Source: Myxococcota bacterium (GTDB lineage: Bacteria; Myxococcota_A; UBA9160; UBA4427). Taken from it: a DNA stretch of 34,487 nt. Shown here in pieces: positions 1 to 8,793 of this stretch. The stretch is taken from NCBI GenBank assembly GCA_029941235.1, contig JAPYQM010000009.1:23910-58396 (forward strand). Direction: 5' to 3'. Within the stretch, counting starts at the first letter, position 1, and every line of letters starts with the position of its first letter. The notes beneath the pieces were generated by a model. The model ran no database searches. It worked only from the letters and a program-made list of their open reading frames with translations, and was not told where the DNA came from. Position numbers and translations under genes: made by a program.

Positions 1-2
1 AG

Positions 3-233
3 GAGTCGACGACCCAGAGCAAGGCGCTGGCGGTGGGGGCGAGTTGTTTCTATTTGCCCGCGAAGGCCTTCTACGCCTTCTTCGGTGCGGCGACCGCGGG
101 CCTCGCATACGGATTTACCTTCGGAGACGACGAGTTGGCCAACCAGATTTGGCAATCCTCGGTCGAGGGCAGCTATGTCGTGACCCCGGCGATGATCGAT
201 GGTAAGGAGCCCGTCCGCTTCAAAGGCCCGTAG
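3..233 (+). CDS. Small hypothetical (probably membrane-associated) protein, 5'-truncated by the window edge
   Basis: The frame is open from position 3 (ESTTQSKALAVGASCFYLPAKAFYAFFGAATAGLAYGFTFGDD...VRFKGP*). It has a hydrophobic Gly/Ala-rich segment and GC3-rich codons. Confidence 0.6.
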   Translation, partial: ESTTQSKALAVGASCFYLPAKAFYAFFGAATAGLAYGFTFGDDELANQIWQSSVEGSYVVTPAMIDGKEPVRFKGP

Positions 234-449
234 GCTCGCCTGTTTTTTGGGATCGATTTCTGATTAGGATCGATCATCTCCGGGTTCGACCTTCGCGTTG
301 GACACCCAGCGCGTGCCCTTTGGCTTTCACGGGAGTTGGGCGGCGGATCCTGCCTGAGCCCGCACCGATGCTCGGTCCGGATAGTAGAGCGAAGAACGTC
401 GTTTCGGAATGGCACTCTAAGGCGTTGCTGGGTATGAGGAGAGAGCGCG

Positions 450-1232
450 ATGGGGCGAGTCGAGGGTAAGGTGGCCATAGTGACGGGCGCGGCTTCTGGC
501 CTGGGTGCTGCCGACGCCCGGCTGCTGGCGGCCGAGGGCGCATCGGTGGTGATGACCGATATCAATGTCGAGGCCGGCGAGGCCATCGCTCGGGAAATCG
601 GCGCCGAGTTCTTCGAGCACGATGTTTCCCATGAGCCCAGTTGGCGCCAACTGATCGCGGAAACCGTCGAGCGTTTGGGCGGTCTGGATATTCTGGTCAA
701 CAACGCGGGAATCGCGATCATTGCCGACATCGAGAATACAACTTCCGAGATCTGGCGGCGGACGTTGGCCGTGCATCTCGACGGGACTTTCTTCGGCTGT
801 CACCATGCTCTGCCCGCCATGGCGGCGTCCGGGGGCGGTTCGTTGATCAATATGTCATCGACCGCGGCGCTGGTGGGGATCGCGCCCTATCTCGCCTATT
901 CGGCGGCGAAGGGGGGAATTCGTTCGATGACAAAGGCCATCGCGGCCCATTGCCGATCGCGAAGAAACAACGTTCGCTGCAACTCGGTTCATCCCGGCAG
1001 TATCGATACCCCCATGGTGCATGCTGCCCTCGATGGGCTGGGTGGGCCGAAGTCCAACGGGGAGCACTTCCCCGAAGATGTTCGCAGGCGGTTGGGATTG
1101 GGCGAGGCCGTAGATGTTGCGCAACTCGTACTTTTCCTCGGGTCCGATGAGTCGAAGCACATCTCGGGCGCCGAGATGGTGATCGATAACGGGGATACAG
1201 TGGTGCAGCTATCCGGGCCGGGAGGAAATTGA
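450..1232 (+). CDS. SDR family NAD(P)-dependent oxidoreductase
   Basis: TGAASGLG Rossmann motif, NNAG, catalytic YSAAK (YxxxK), NSVHPG; GAGGAG RBS upstream. Confidence 0.95.
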   Translation: MGRVEGKVAIVTGAASGLGAADARLLAAEGASVVMTDINVEAGEAIAREIGAEFFEHDVSHEPSWRQLIAETVERLGGLDILVNNAGIAIIADIENTTSEIWRRTLAVHLDGTFFGCHHALPAMAASGGGSLINMSSTAALVGIAPYLAYSAAKGGIRSMTKAIAAHCRSRRNNVRCNSVHPGSIDTPMVHAALDGLGGPKSNGEHFPEDVRRRLGLGEAVDVAQLVLFLGSDESKHISGAEMVIDNGDTVVQLSGPGGN

Positions 1233-1236
1233 CACC

Positions 1237-1692
1237 ATGGCGATCGTCGGTCTTGTCCACGTCAACGTGAACTGCAGCAACTTCGAACGTTCCCGCGCCT
1301 TTTACGAAATGCTCGGCTTCGAACTCCTGATGGACGTTCCCGAACGCAATACCGATGAAGTGGCCGCCGCAGTTGGGCTCGAGCCCTACCGTTTGCGCGG
1401 CGGTTTGATGCGCCTCGCCGATGCGCGATTTCCTTTCGTGATCGACCTGATCGAATGGAAGGAGCCATCGGACCCGTCCCCCCCTTACGCCCGGCTGAAT
1501 CACCTTGGTATCGCGCGAATCGCCATGGCGTCTTCGGATCTCGATGCTGACATGCAGCGTCTGAAGGCGGAAGGCGTAGAGTTCATCAGCGAGCCCGCCA
1601 CGGTGGTCTGGGAGGACCATCCCGATTCGCGGTTCGTCTGCTTCAAGGATCCCGACGGAACCGTGCTGGAGTTGGTTGAACTCCTGACTTGA
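1237..1692 (+). CDS. VOC / glyoxalase family protein
   Basis: N-terminal HVNVNCSNFERSRAFY and C-terminal FKDPDGTVLELVE signatures; 4 nt after the SDR stop, with a GGAGG RBS. Confidence 0.9.
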   Translation: MAIVGLVHVNVNCSNFERSRAFYEMLGFELLMDVPERNTDEVAAAVGLEPYRLRGGLMRLADARFPFVIDLIEWKEPSDPSPPYARLNHLGIARIAMASSDLDADMQRLKAEGVEFISEPATVVWEDHPDSRFVCFKDPDGTVLELVELLT

Positions 1693-1716
1693 AGATAGAC
1701 CCGCGCGCCGTGAAAC

Positions 1717-3132
1717 TCAGACGCGCAGAACCTGAATCATGTCGGTACCGCCGGTCTTCTGGGATCGCCCCGCCGTGGCGACGATCAAATCCCCGCGTTG
1801 CAGGTGCCCGATTTTCAGGGCGTGTTGGACCGCGAAACTCACCCGGGTATCGTCGTCCCCTTCGCCCCGGTAGTGGATGGGCATGACGCCCCAGTTCAAA
1901 GCCAGCCGCCGCCGCACGGCCTGGGACCGGGTCACCGCCAGAATCGGGCTACGGGGTCGAAACTTGGAAATGGTTCGCGCGGTAAAGCCCGTATCGGTGA
2001 GGGCGACGATGGCGGCCGCTTCGAGATGATTGGCCATGGTGATGGCCGCCTGGGCGACGGCTTCTACCACCGCGTCCGAAGCGCTCGGGAGAACGTGTTG
2101 AAGGGTCCCGAATTCCTCCAGGGAATTTTCCGCCTCCATGGCGAGATCGGCCATGGTCTGCACCGCCGCGACCGGGTGGAGGCCCGCAGCGGTCTCGCCC
2201 GAGAGCATCACCGCGCTGCTGCCGTCGAGGATCGCGTTGGCGACATCGCTGACCTCGGCCCGGGTGGGTCTCGGATTGCGCTCCATGGAGTCGAGCATCT
2301 GAGTCGCGGTGATCACGGGCTTGCCGCTGCTGACTGTGGCACGGATGATGCGCTTCTGGACATGGGGGACTTCGGCGAAGGGCAATTCCACGCCCAGGTC
2401 GCCCCGGGCGACCATCGCACCATTGGCCGTGGCGATGATTTCGTCGAGGTTGTCCACCCCAAGGCGATTCTCGATCTTTGCGATGATCGGGATGTCGGCG
2501 CGTTCGGCTTCGAGAAAGCGCCGGATATCCAAGACGTCGCGCGCGGTCTGGACGAACGAGGCGGCCAGATATTCGGCCCCACAACTCGCCGCGAAGCCCA
2601 GGTCGGCCTGGGTGCTGGGATCCATGACTTCGCGGGAAAGGTCTGTATCGGGCAGGTTCACGCCCTTGCGGTCGCGCAGGGTGCCCCCGCATTCGATTTG
2701 GCAGGCGACGATTCCCTTGCGGACGCTCACGACGCTGAGTTCGATTTTGCCGTCGTCGATCAGCACCCGATCGCCCGGTGACACCGCTTTCGCAAGGCTC
2801 TCGAAGCTGACGGAAACCCCGCTTTCGTCGCCGAGCCCCGATTGGGTGTGCAGGGTGAAGTTCGACCCGGCTTGGAGGAGCGCGACGCCCCCCTTGAGCT
2901 CGCCGGTGCGGATTTCATTGCCCCGGGTATCGATCAGGGTGGCCACGTTGGCGCCGACCCGATGCACCACCTCGCGCACGCTGTCGACCATTCGAGCATG
3001 GCCGTCGAGGTCGCCGTGGGAGAGATTGAAGCGGGCAACATCCATTCCCGCCCGGATCATGCCTTCGAGCAGGGCCGGGTCCGCGCAGGCGGGACCGATG
3101 GTGGCGATCAGCTTGGTCTTGCGGAGTCTCAT
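1717..3132 (-). CDS. pyk: Pyruvate kinase
   Basis: TKLIATIGPA, RFNLSHG, IIAKIE, MVARGDLGVE, TATQMLDSM, PTRAEVSDV, MLSGETA. Confidence 0.97.
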   Translation of the reverse strand: MRLRKTKLIATIGPACADPALLEGMIRAGMDVARFNLSHGDLDGHARMVDSVREVVHRVGANVATLIDTRGNEIRTGELKGGVALLQAGSNFTLHTQSGLGDESGVSVSFESLAKAVSPGDRVLIDDGKIELSVVSVRKGIVACQIECGGTLRDRKGVNLPDTDLSREVMDPSTQADLGFAASCGAEYLAASFVQTARDVLDIRRFLEAERADIPIIAKIENRLGVDNLDEIIATANGAMVARGDLGVELPFAEVPHVQKRIIRATVSSGKPVITATQMLDSMERNPRPTRAEVSDVANAILDGSSAVMLSGETAAGLHPVAAVQTMADLAMEAENSLEEFGTLQHVLPSASDAVVEAVAQAAITMANHLEAAAIVALTDTGFTARTISKFRPRSPILAVTRSQAVRRRLALNWGVMPIHYRGEGDDDTRVSFAVQHALKIGHLQRGDLIVATAGRSQKTGGTDMIQVLRV

Positions 3133-3189
3133 GGCGGGGAGTCTCGCACGAAAGTCTGCGCGGTCCAGCGTTTTTTCGCGGATTCGGGT

Positions 3190-3795
3190 TCAGTAACCGG
3201 TTACGTACCCAAGGCTCTTCGCCGTTTCCTCGATGGCGTCGCCGGCATCGAGAAGCAACGAAGTGGCGTCCCACTGGCCTTCGAGGAGCCGATTCCGGGT
3301 GCCTTCGGGGATCGCACCCTGCATGACTCCGCCCCGGGCGGTGACGGTCTGGGTGGCAACGTCGATGGAGACCTTCTGTTCGGGGTCGAGTTCGACGCTC
3401 TCGCGCAGGGATTCGGCATCGTCTTCGCCGAGGGTGATGCAGACCAGGCCCAGGCTGCAGCAGTTGCCGGCGAAGATGTCGGCGAAGGATTCCCCAATGA
3501 AGGCGCGAAAGCCGAAGCGCATCAGCGATTGGGGAGCATGCTCCCGGGACGATCCGCAGCCAAAATTTTTGCCCACCACCAGGATCTCGGAGCCGAAGAA
3601 ACGCTCATCATCCAGGGGATGGTTGCCCTTGGCGGCTTTGCGGGCGTCTTCGAAGAGGTGGTGTCCCATGGCGTCGAAGGTGATGTCCTTCATGAAACGG
3701 GCCGGAATGATGCGATCGGTGTCGATGTCATCGCCGCGCACCACGCAGCAGGTGCCGCTGATCTTGTCGATGGTCGTCGGCTGACTCGGGCTCAT
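3190..3795 (-). CDS. leuD: 3-isopropylmalate dehydratase small subunit
   Basis: DIDTDRIIPARF, NFGCGSSREHAP, SFADIFAGN. Start placed at the ATG at 3795, just after the leuC stop. Confidence 0.95.
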   Translation of the reverse strand: MSPSQPTTIDKISGTCCVVRGDDIDTDRIIPARFMKDITFDAMGHHLFEDARKAAKGNHPLDDERFFGSEILVVGKNFGCGSSREHAPQSLMRFGFRAFIGESFADIFAGNCCSLGLVCITLGEDDAESLRESVELDPEQKVSIDVATQTVTARGGVMQGAIPEGTRNRLLEGQWDATSLLLDAGDAIEETAKSLGYVTGY

Positions 3796-3796
3796 T

Positions 3797-5206
3797 TCAG
3801 AGAACCTCCCGGACATCCACGATCCGCCCGGCCAGGGCGGCCGCGGCCACCATGGCGGGGGACATGAGAAGGGTGCGGCCTGAGGGCGAACCCTGACGCC
3901 CCTTGAAATTCCGATTGCTCGACGAGGCGCAAATTTCTCGGCCGATCAATTTGTCGGGGTTCATCGCCAGGCACATGGAGCAGCCGGGCTCGCGCCAGTC
4001 GAAACCCGCCTGGCGGAAGATATCGTCCAGGCCTTCGGCGATCGCCTGCCGGGCCACCTCTTGGGAGCCCGGAACCACCAGGGCGCGAACGCCCTCTTGG
4101 ACGTGACCGGTCTTTGCCACCCGGGCGGCTTCTCGAAGGTCCGATATCCGTCCGTTGGTGCACGAGCCGATAAAGGCCACGTCCACGGGAGTGCCCGCGA
4201 TCGGGCTGCCGGGATCAAGGTCCATATATTCGAGGGCTTCTTCGACGCCGGCCCGGTCCTCATCGCCAGCGTGGGCGGCGGTCGGAATTCGCTCTCCGAC
4301 CCCGATGTTGTGCCCGGGATGGATTCCCCAGGTCACCGAGGGTTCGATCTGTGAGCCGTCGAGGCGGACCCCATCGTCGTACTCGGCCCCTGGGTCGCTG
4401 GCGGCCGCCAGCCACTGGGCGGCGGCCCGATCGAAGGCCTCGCCCTTGGGTGAAAACTCCCGGCCGCGCAGATACTCGACGGTGGTCGCATCGGGGTTCA
4501 CATAGCCGCAGCGCGCCCCTCCTTCGATGGACATATTGCAGAGGGTCATCCGCTGCTCCATGTCCATGGCTTCGATGGCTTCTCCCGCGTACTCGTAGGC
4601 GAAGCCGACTCCGCCGTTCACCCCGAGTTTACGAATGATCGCCAAAATCACGTCTTTGGCATAGACACCCGGGCCCAACGCCCCGGTGATCTCGATCCGT
4701 CGCACCTTGAGGCTCGCCATGGCAAGGGTTTGGGTGGCCAGCACGTCGCGTACCTGGCTGGTTCCGATCCCCAGGGCGATGGTCCCGAAAGCGCCGTGGG
4801 TGGAAGTATGACTGTCGCCGCACGCGATGGTGGAGCCCGGCACGGTCAGCCCAAGCTCAGGACCGATGACGTGCACGATGCCCTGATGGCCGCTTTCGGC
4901 CCCGAAAAAAGTGACACCGAACTCCTGGCAGTTGCGCTCGAGTTCGGAAAGCATGGTTTCCGCCAGGGGGTCGGCCAAGGGCCGGGCCTGGGAATCCGTG
5001 GGCATGATGTGGTCGGCGGTGGCGAAGGTGCGCTCCGGGAAGCGAACCCGAAGGTCCAACTCGCGTAGCATCGCGAAAGCCTGGGGGCTGGTGACTTCGT
5101 GAACCAGATGGGTCCCGATGAAGAGTTGGGTTTGGCCTCCGGGCAGTTCGCAAACTTGGTGGGCTCGCCAGGTTTTTCCGAAGAGATGGGTCGGTTGTTC
5201 GCTCAT
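3797..5206 (-). CDS. leuC: 3-isopropylmalate dehydratase large subunit
   Basis: [61 protein letters not shown]. Start chosen at [11 protein letters not shown]. Confidence 0.96.
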   Translation of the reverse strand: MSEQPTHLFGKTWRAHQVCELPGGQTQLFIGTHLVHEVTSPQAFAMLRELDLRVRFPERTFATADHIMPTDSQARPLADPLAETMLSELERNCQEFGVTFFGAESGHQGIVHVIGPELGLTVPGSTIACGDSHTSTHGAFGTIALGIGTSQVRDVLATQTLAMASLKVRRIEITGALGPGVYAKDVILAIIRKLGVNGGVGFAYEYAGEAIEAMDMEQRMTLCNMSIEGGARCGYVNPDATTVEYLRGREFSPKGEAFDRAAAQWLAAASDPGAEYDDGVRLDGSQIEPSVTWGIHPGHNIGVGERIPTAAHAGDEDRAGVEEALEYMDLDPGSPIAGTPVDVAFIGSCTNGRISDLREAARVAKTGHVQEGVRALVVPGSQEVARQAIAEGLDDIFRQAGFDWREPGCSMCLAMNPDKLIGREICASSSNRNFKGRQGSPSGRTLLMSPAMVAAAALAGRIVDVREVL

Positions 5207-5382
5207 TGAGTCATTCCACGCACGGGTGCGAATTGGGGCGAGATGCCTAAGGGACAGGGGAATAGCACGGTGCCGGGGCTTCGGCCCCTCGCCCATGGCC
5301 ACTGCAGAGGCGCTTGGCCTCGGGGGCTGGGTCGGATCGGTCGAGGGGATCCGAGCGTCTGCTGCCTGCGAGCGGGGAGGCG

Positions 5383-5391
5383 TGGTAGCCT
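5383..5391 (+). promoter_or_regulatory. Putative extended -10 promoter element of the tRNA
   Basis: TG-g-TAGCCT ends 10 nt upstream of the mature tRNA 5' end. Confidence 0.4.
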
Positions 5392-5401
5392 CCTCATCGG
5401 C

Positions 5402-5476
5402 CGGGGTGTAGCTCAGTGGTAGAGCCTGAACTTTGGGGGTTCAGTGTCGTGGGTTCGATCCCCACCACCCCGACCA
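5402..5476 (+). tRNA. tRNA-Pro (anticodon UGG)
   Basis: Cloverleaf: acceptor CGGGGTG/CACCCCG, D stem GCTC/GAGC, anticodon stem TGAAC/GTTCA with loop TT-TGG-GG, T stem GTGGG/CCCAC with TTCGATC loop. C1-G72, A73 and an encoded CCA are present. Confidence 0.95.
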
Positions 5477-5531
5477 CTTCATAGAAATTCGCCCTCGGCA
5501 TCCGTCGGGGTCGAAAATAACGGGAGCCAGT

Positions 5532-6371
5532 ATGGTGCTTCTCGGAGTCATCCTTGCCAGCGTTGCCCTTGTCGTCTTGGGGGTCTGGCGCAGGGTGCAA
5601 CGCATGGACAGCCAGCAGAAGACCGCGATCAAGGACGCGATGAACGGGATCTTCGAGTCCGCCGAGGCGCGTGGCGCTTTTCCCCGGCAACCCGCCTTCG
5701 AGTCCGATTATCTCGGCACCTACCCGCAATTTCGTCTCATCGAGGACAACTACGCCACGATTCGGACCGAATGCGAAGCGCTCATGAAGGACCGTTCGCG
5801 CCTGGTGCGAATGGACGAATTGGGGGGAAGCTACACGGCAGGCGATACTCACGTGGCCGATTGGACGACCCTGATGTTCAAATCCGGGTCCTTCATCGAG
5901 GAGAATTGCCGGCTCGCGCCGCGCACCGCCGACCTGATTCGGCGGCTTCCCGGAGTCTATACCGCGTTTTTTTCGGTGCTCGAGCCGCACCAGAAGCTGC
6001 CCCCGCATTTCGGCTACTACAAGGGTTTTCTCCGATACCACATGGGCGTGATGGTTCCCAACAACAACGCCGATGGCAGTTGCTGGGTGCGGATCAACGC
6101 CGACCCCGCCGACAACGCGCGGCGGGACAGGGATCTGATCGAAAAGGGCGAGCGTTATTTCTGGAAGAACGGCCAGGGGGTCGTCTTCGACGATACATTT
6201 CTCCACGAAGCCGCCAACGAGTCCGACCAGGTGCGCGTGGTGCTCTGGTTCGATTTTCGTCGCAAGATGCCGTGGTATCTCGACGCCTTCAATCGCTTTT
6301 GTCTCTTCGTTGTGCACCGCGAGAGCTCGGTGAAGCGGATTCGCAAGACTGCCATTGTCGAGCCCGGTTGA
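5532..6371 (+). CDS. Aspartyl/asparaginyl beta-hydroxylase family (LpxO-like) Fe(II)/2-oxoglutarate dioxygenase with N-terminal membrane anchor
   Basis: FSVLEP...LPPHFGYYKGFLRYHMG and FDDTFLHEAANESDQVRVVLWFD motifs; hydrophobic N-terminus; GGGAG RBS before the ATG at 5532. Confidence 0.85.
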   Translation: MVLLGVILASVALVVLGVWRRVQRMDSQQKTAIKDAMNGIFESAEARGAFPRQPAFESDYLGTYPQFRLIEDNYATIRTECEALMKDRSRLVRMDELGGSYTAGDTHVADWTTLMFKSGSFIEENCRLAPRTADLIRRLPGVYTAFFSVLEPHQKLPPHFGYYKGFLRYHMGVMVPNNNADGSCWVRINADPADNARRDRDLIEKGERYFWKNGQGVVFDDTFLHEAANESDQVRVVLWFDFRRKMPWYLDAFNRFCLFVVHRESSVKRIRKTAIVEPG

Positions 6372-6566
6372 GGGCCGCGCGGGAGGCGTCCCGGGAGCCC
6401 GATTCTGAGGGCTGTGGCTGGCGGTCATGCGGGCATCGGTTGTAAGGTCTGCACCTTGTCGCCGGGTCCTTGAGCCCGGCCGCTTTGCGCCGTTCCGACC
6501 CGGTCCACACTTTCATCCCCTCAACTCCGTCGCGCCTTTGACCCCTCCGGGAGGTGGGGAGATTTT

Positions 6567-8615
6567 ATGCCCGGTGAAATCACCCCCCAGTTGCGGGAAA
6601 CCATCGAGAACACCCTTCGCTTCCTGGCCGTGGACGCCGTCAATGCGGCGAACAGCGGCCACCCCGGTGCCCCCATGGGCCTGGCCGCCGCCGCTTTCGA
6701 ACTCTTCGACAATCATCTGCGCTTCGATCCCAGCGACCCGGACTGGCCCCTGCGCGACCGCTTTGTGCTCTCGGGTGGGCACGCATCCATGCTCCTCTAC
6801 GGGATGCTGCATCTCTACGGCTATTCGCTCTCCCTCGATGAAATTCGCGCCTTTCGCCAGTGGGGTGCGCTGACGCCCGGTCATCCCGAATACGGATTGA
6901 CACCCGGGGTAGAGACCACGACCGGCCCTCTTGGCCAAGGTTTTGCCCACGCGGTGGGAATGGCGTTGGCGGCCCGAATGACGCTCAGCCGCTTCGGGGG
7001 TCCAGCGAACCCCGAACACGCGTCTCCCGGCGAACATTTCGTCTACGGCATGATGGGCGACGGCGACATGATGGAAGGGATCACCAGCGAGGCGGCTTCC
7101 CTGGCGGGGCACCTGGGACTGGGGAACCTGATCTTCATCTACGATGACAACCAGATCACCATCGATGGGGGCACCGAAATCTCTTTCGGCGAGGACATTC
7201 CCGGCCGTTTTTCCGCCCAAGGCTGGCACGTTCAGGGCGCCATTGACGGTCAAGCGGTTCCGGAACTGGCCGAGGCCCTGGTCGCCGCACGCGGCGAGAG
7301 CGATCGCCCGAGCCTGATCGTCTTGCGGACGGTGATCGGTCGCGGAAGTCCCGGGGTTGCGGGCAAGAACAAGGCACACGGCTCGCCCCTGGGCGCCGAA
7401 GAGGCCGCCCGGACGAAACAGGCCCTGGGCTGGCCCGAAGAACCGACCTTTCGGGTTCCCGACGAGGTTCGCGCGTACTTCGACGGGCGCATTGGGGCGA
7501 AGAAGGCGGCCCGCGCGGCCACCGAGGCCCGGCATCAGGGCTGGCGCGAAGCGAACCCCGAGTGCGCCGAGGGCTGGGATTCGGCGCGGGACCGGAAGTT
7601 GCCCGCGAACCTCGCCGAGAGGCTTGTCGAGGGGCTTGCGGGGGTTGACGATGCCACGCGCAAGCACTCCGCTGCGGTGTTGGCGCGTCTGCACGAAGTC
7701 GTGCCCTATATGGTCGGGGGCTCGGCGGATCTCGCGGGGTCCGCCGCACCGCCGATCATCAAGGAGCACGGAATCGTGGGTCCCGGCGCTGGCGCCGGCG
7801 CCGATCCCTTTGCGGGGCGAAATATTCATTTCGGGGTCCGCGAGCACGCCATGGGGGCGGTCACCAACGGCATCGCCCTCGACGGGACTTTCGTTCCGTA
7901 TTGCGGAACGTTCCTGATCTTCAGCGATTATATGCGGCCCTCGATTCGCCTGGCGGCGCTGATGAAATTGCGATCGCTCTTCGTTTTTACCCACGATTCC
8001 TTTTATGTGGGCGAGGACGGTCCCACCCATCAACCCATCGAGCAACTCGATAGCCTGCGTGTGGTGCCGGGCCTCACACTTTTTCGCCCGGCCGATGGTG
8101 TGGAGACCGCGATGGCGTATGCCTGGGCCCTCCAGCACGCCGATGGGCCGGTGCTCTTCGCGCTGACTCGCCAGGGCCTCAAGGGGCTGACCCGGCCGGC
8201 GGATTTCGAGTTGGAGGACGTTTGGAAGGGGGCCTACCGGGTGCGCGAGCCCGAGAGGTCGGCCGACGTGGTGCTGGTGGCCAGTGGGTCCGAAGTCAGT
8301 CTGGCGTGCGAGGCCGCCGCGGTATTGGCGGTGCAGGGCGTCGAGGCCCGGATCGTCTCCATGCCCTGTCTTGAACTCTTCAACGCCCAACCCGAAGCCG
8401 ATCAATTGGCTCTGGTGCCCGACGACGGAACCCCGGTGGTGGCGATCGAGGCGGGACGCGGCGAGAGCTACCGTGGCCTGGTGGGTCGTAGGGGGCTGGT
8501 GATCGGGATGTCGGGGTTTGGCGAAAGCGCGCCAGCGGGTCGGCTTGCCGAAGAGTTTGGTTTTACGCCGAACGGTGTGGCGACCCGGGTCGCGGAGTAC
8601 CTGACGGGGCTTTGA
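6567..8615 (+). CDS. tkt: Transketolase
   Basis: SGHPGAPMG, DRFVLSGGH, TPGHPE, TTGPLGQG, GDGDMMEG ThDP motif, FGVREHAM, GEDGPTHQP. Confidence 0.97.
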   Translation: MPGEITPQLRETIENTLRFLAVDAVNAANSGHPGAPMGLAAAAFELFDNHLRFDPSDPDWPLRDRFVLSGGHASMLLYGMLHLYGYSLSLDEIRAFRQWGALTPGHPEYGLTPGVETTTGPLGQGFAHAVGMALAARMTLSRFGGPANPEHASPGEHFVYGMMGDGDMMEGITSEAASLAGHLGLGNLIFIYDDNQITIDGGTEISFGEDIPGRFSAQGWHVQGAIDGQAVPELAEALVAARGESDRPSLIVLRTVIGRGSPGVAGKNKAHGSPLGAEEAARTKQALGWPEEPTFRVPDEVRAYFDGRIGAKKAARAATEARHQGWREANPECAEGWDSARDRKLPANLAERLVEGLAGVDDATRKHSAAVLARLHEVVPYMVGGSADLAGSAAPPIIKEHGIVGPGAGAGADPFAGRNIHFGVREHAMGAVTNGIALDGTFVPYCGTFLIFSDYMRPSIRLAALMKLRSLFVFTHDSFYVGEDGPTHQPIEQLDSLRVVPGLTLFRPADGVETAMAYAWALQHADGPVLFALTRQGLKGLTRPADFELEDVWKGAYRVREPERSADVVLVASGSEVSLACEAAAVLAVQGVEARIVSMPCLELFNAQPEADQLALVPDDGTPVVAIEAGRGESYRGLVGRRGLVIGMSGFGESAPAGRLAEEFGFTPNGVATRVAEYLTGL

Positions 8616-8620
8616 TTCAC

Positions 8621-8720
8621 CCCCGATCGATTGCGGCCTGTCTGCATCCCGTCATCCCGTCATCCCGTCTCCTGCCTGCCCGTCTCCATCCTGCCCGTCT
8701 CCTGCCTGTCTCGATCGGGG
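8621..8720. repeat. Short tandem-repeat tract enclosed by a 10-bp inverted repeat
   Basis: CCCCGATCGA (8621-8630) and TCGATCGGGG (8711-8720) flank (CATCCCGT)x3 at 8645-8668, followed by CTCCTGCCTGCCCGT / CTCCATCCTGCCCGT / CTCCTGCCTGTC at 8669-8710. Confidence 0.8.
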
Positions 8721-8793
8721 TTCGATCGGCCCGTGACTCGAGTCCCGCCTTGGGATGCGGGCAATGCGGCGGTGGCGGCTGGCGCTCGCTCGT

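Noticed and set aside
5207-5400. Possible leucine attenuator or riboswitch upstream of leuC (hairpin GGGGC-TTCG-GCCCC)
   Set aside because: There is no Leu-rich leader peptide, T-box motif or U-tailed terminator. A short GC hairpin alone is not enough evidence.
5440-5476. tRNA-anchored genomic island or prophage
   Set aside because: I noticed no integrase and no duplicate of the tRNA 3' end elsewhere in the window.
5433-5531. N-terminal extensions in the ORF track (hydroxylase from 5433; also leuC 5302, imuB 15521, typA 23298, P450 28302)
   Set aside because: The extensions overlap the tRNA or neighbouring genes, or precede the conserved N-terminus. Downstream starts fit the family N-termini or RBS better.
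5402-6371. Idea that the hydroxylase modifies U34 of the adjacent tRNA-Pro(UGG)
   Set aside because: Known U34 hydroxylases (TrhO, TrhP) belong to other families, and this protein has a membrane anchor. Adjacency alone is not evidence.
6513-8405. Long antisense or alternate-frame ORFs (e.g. 6513-8405 -, 9997-11697 +, 12542-13999 -, 14965-16344 +, 18919-20280 -)
   Set aside because: These are shadow ORFs opposite well-supported genes, expected from high-GC codon bias, and have no recognisable motifs.
8645-8710. CRISPR-like array
   Set aside because: Units are 8-15 bp in direct tandem with no unique spacers, and there are no cas genes.
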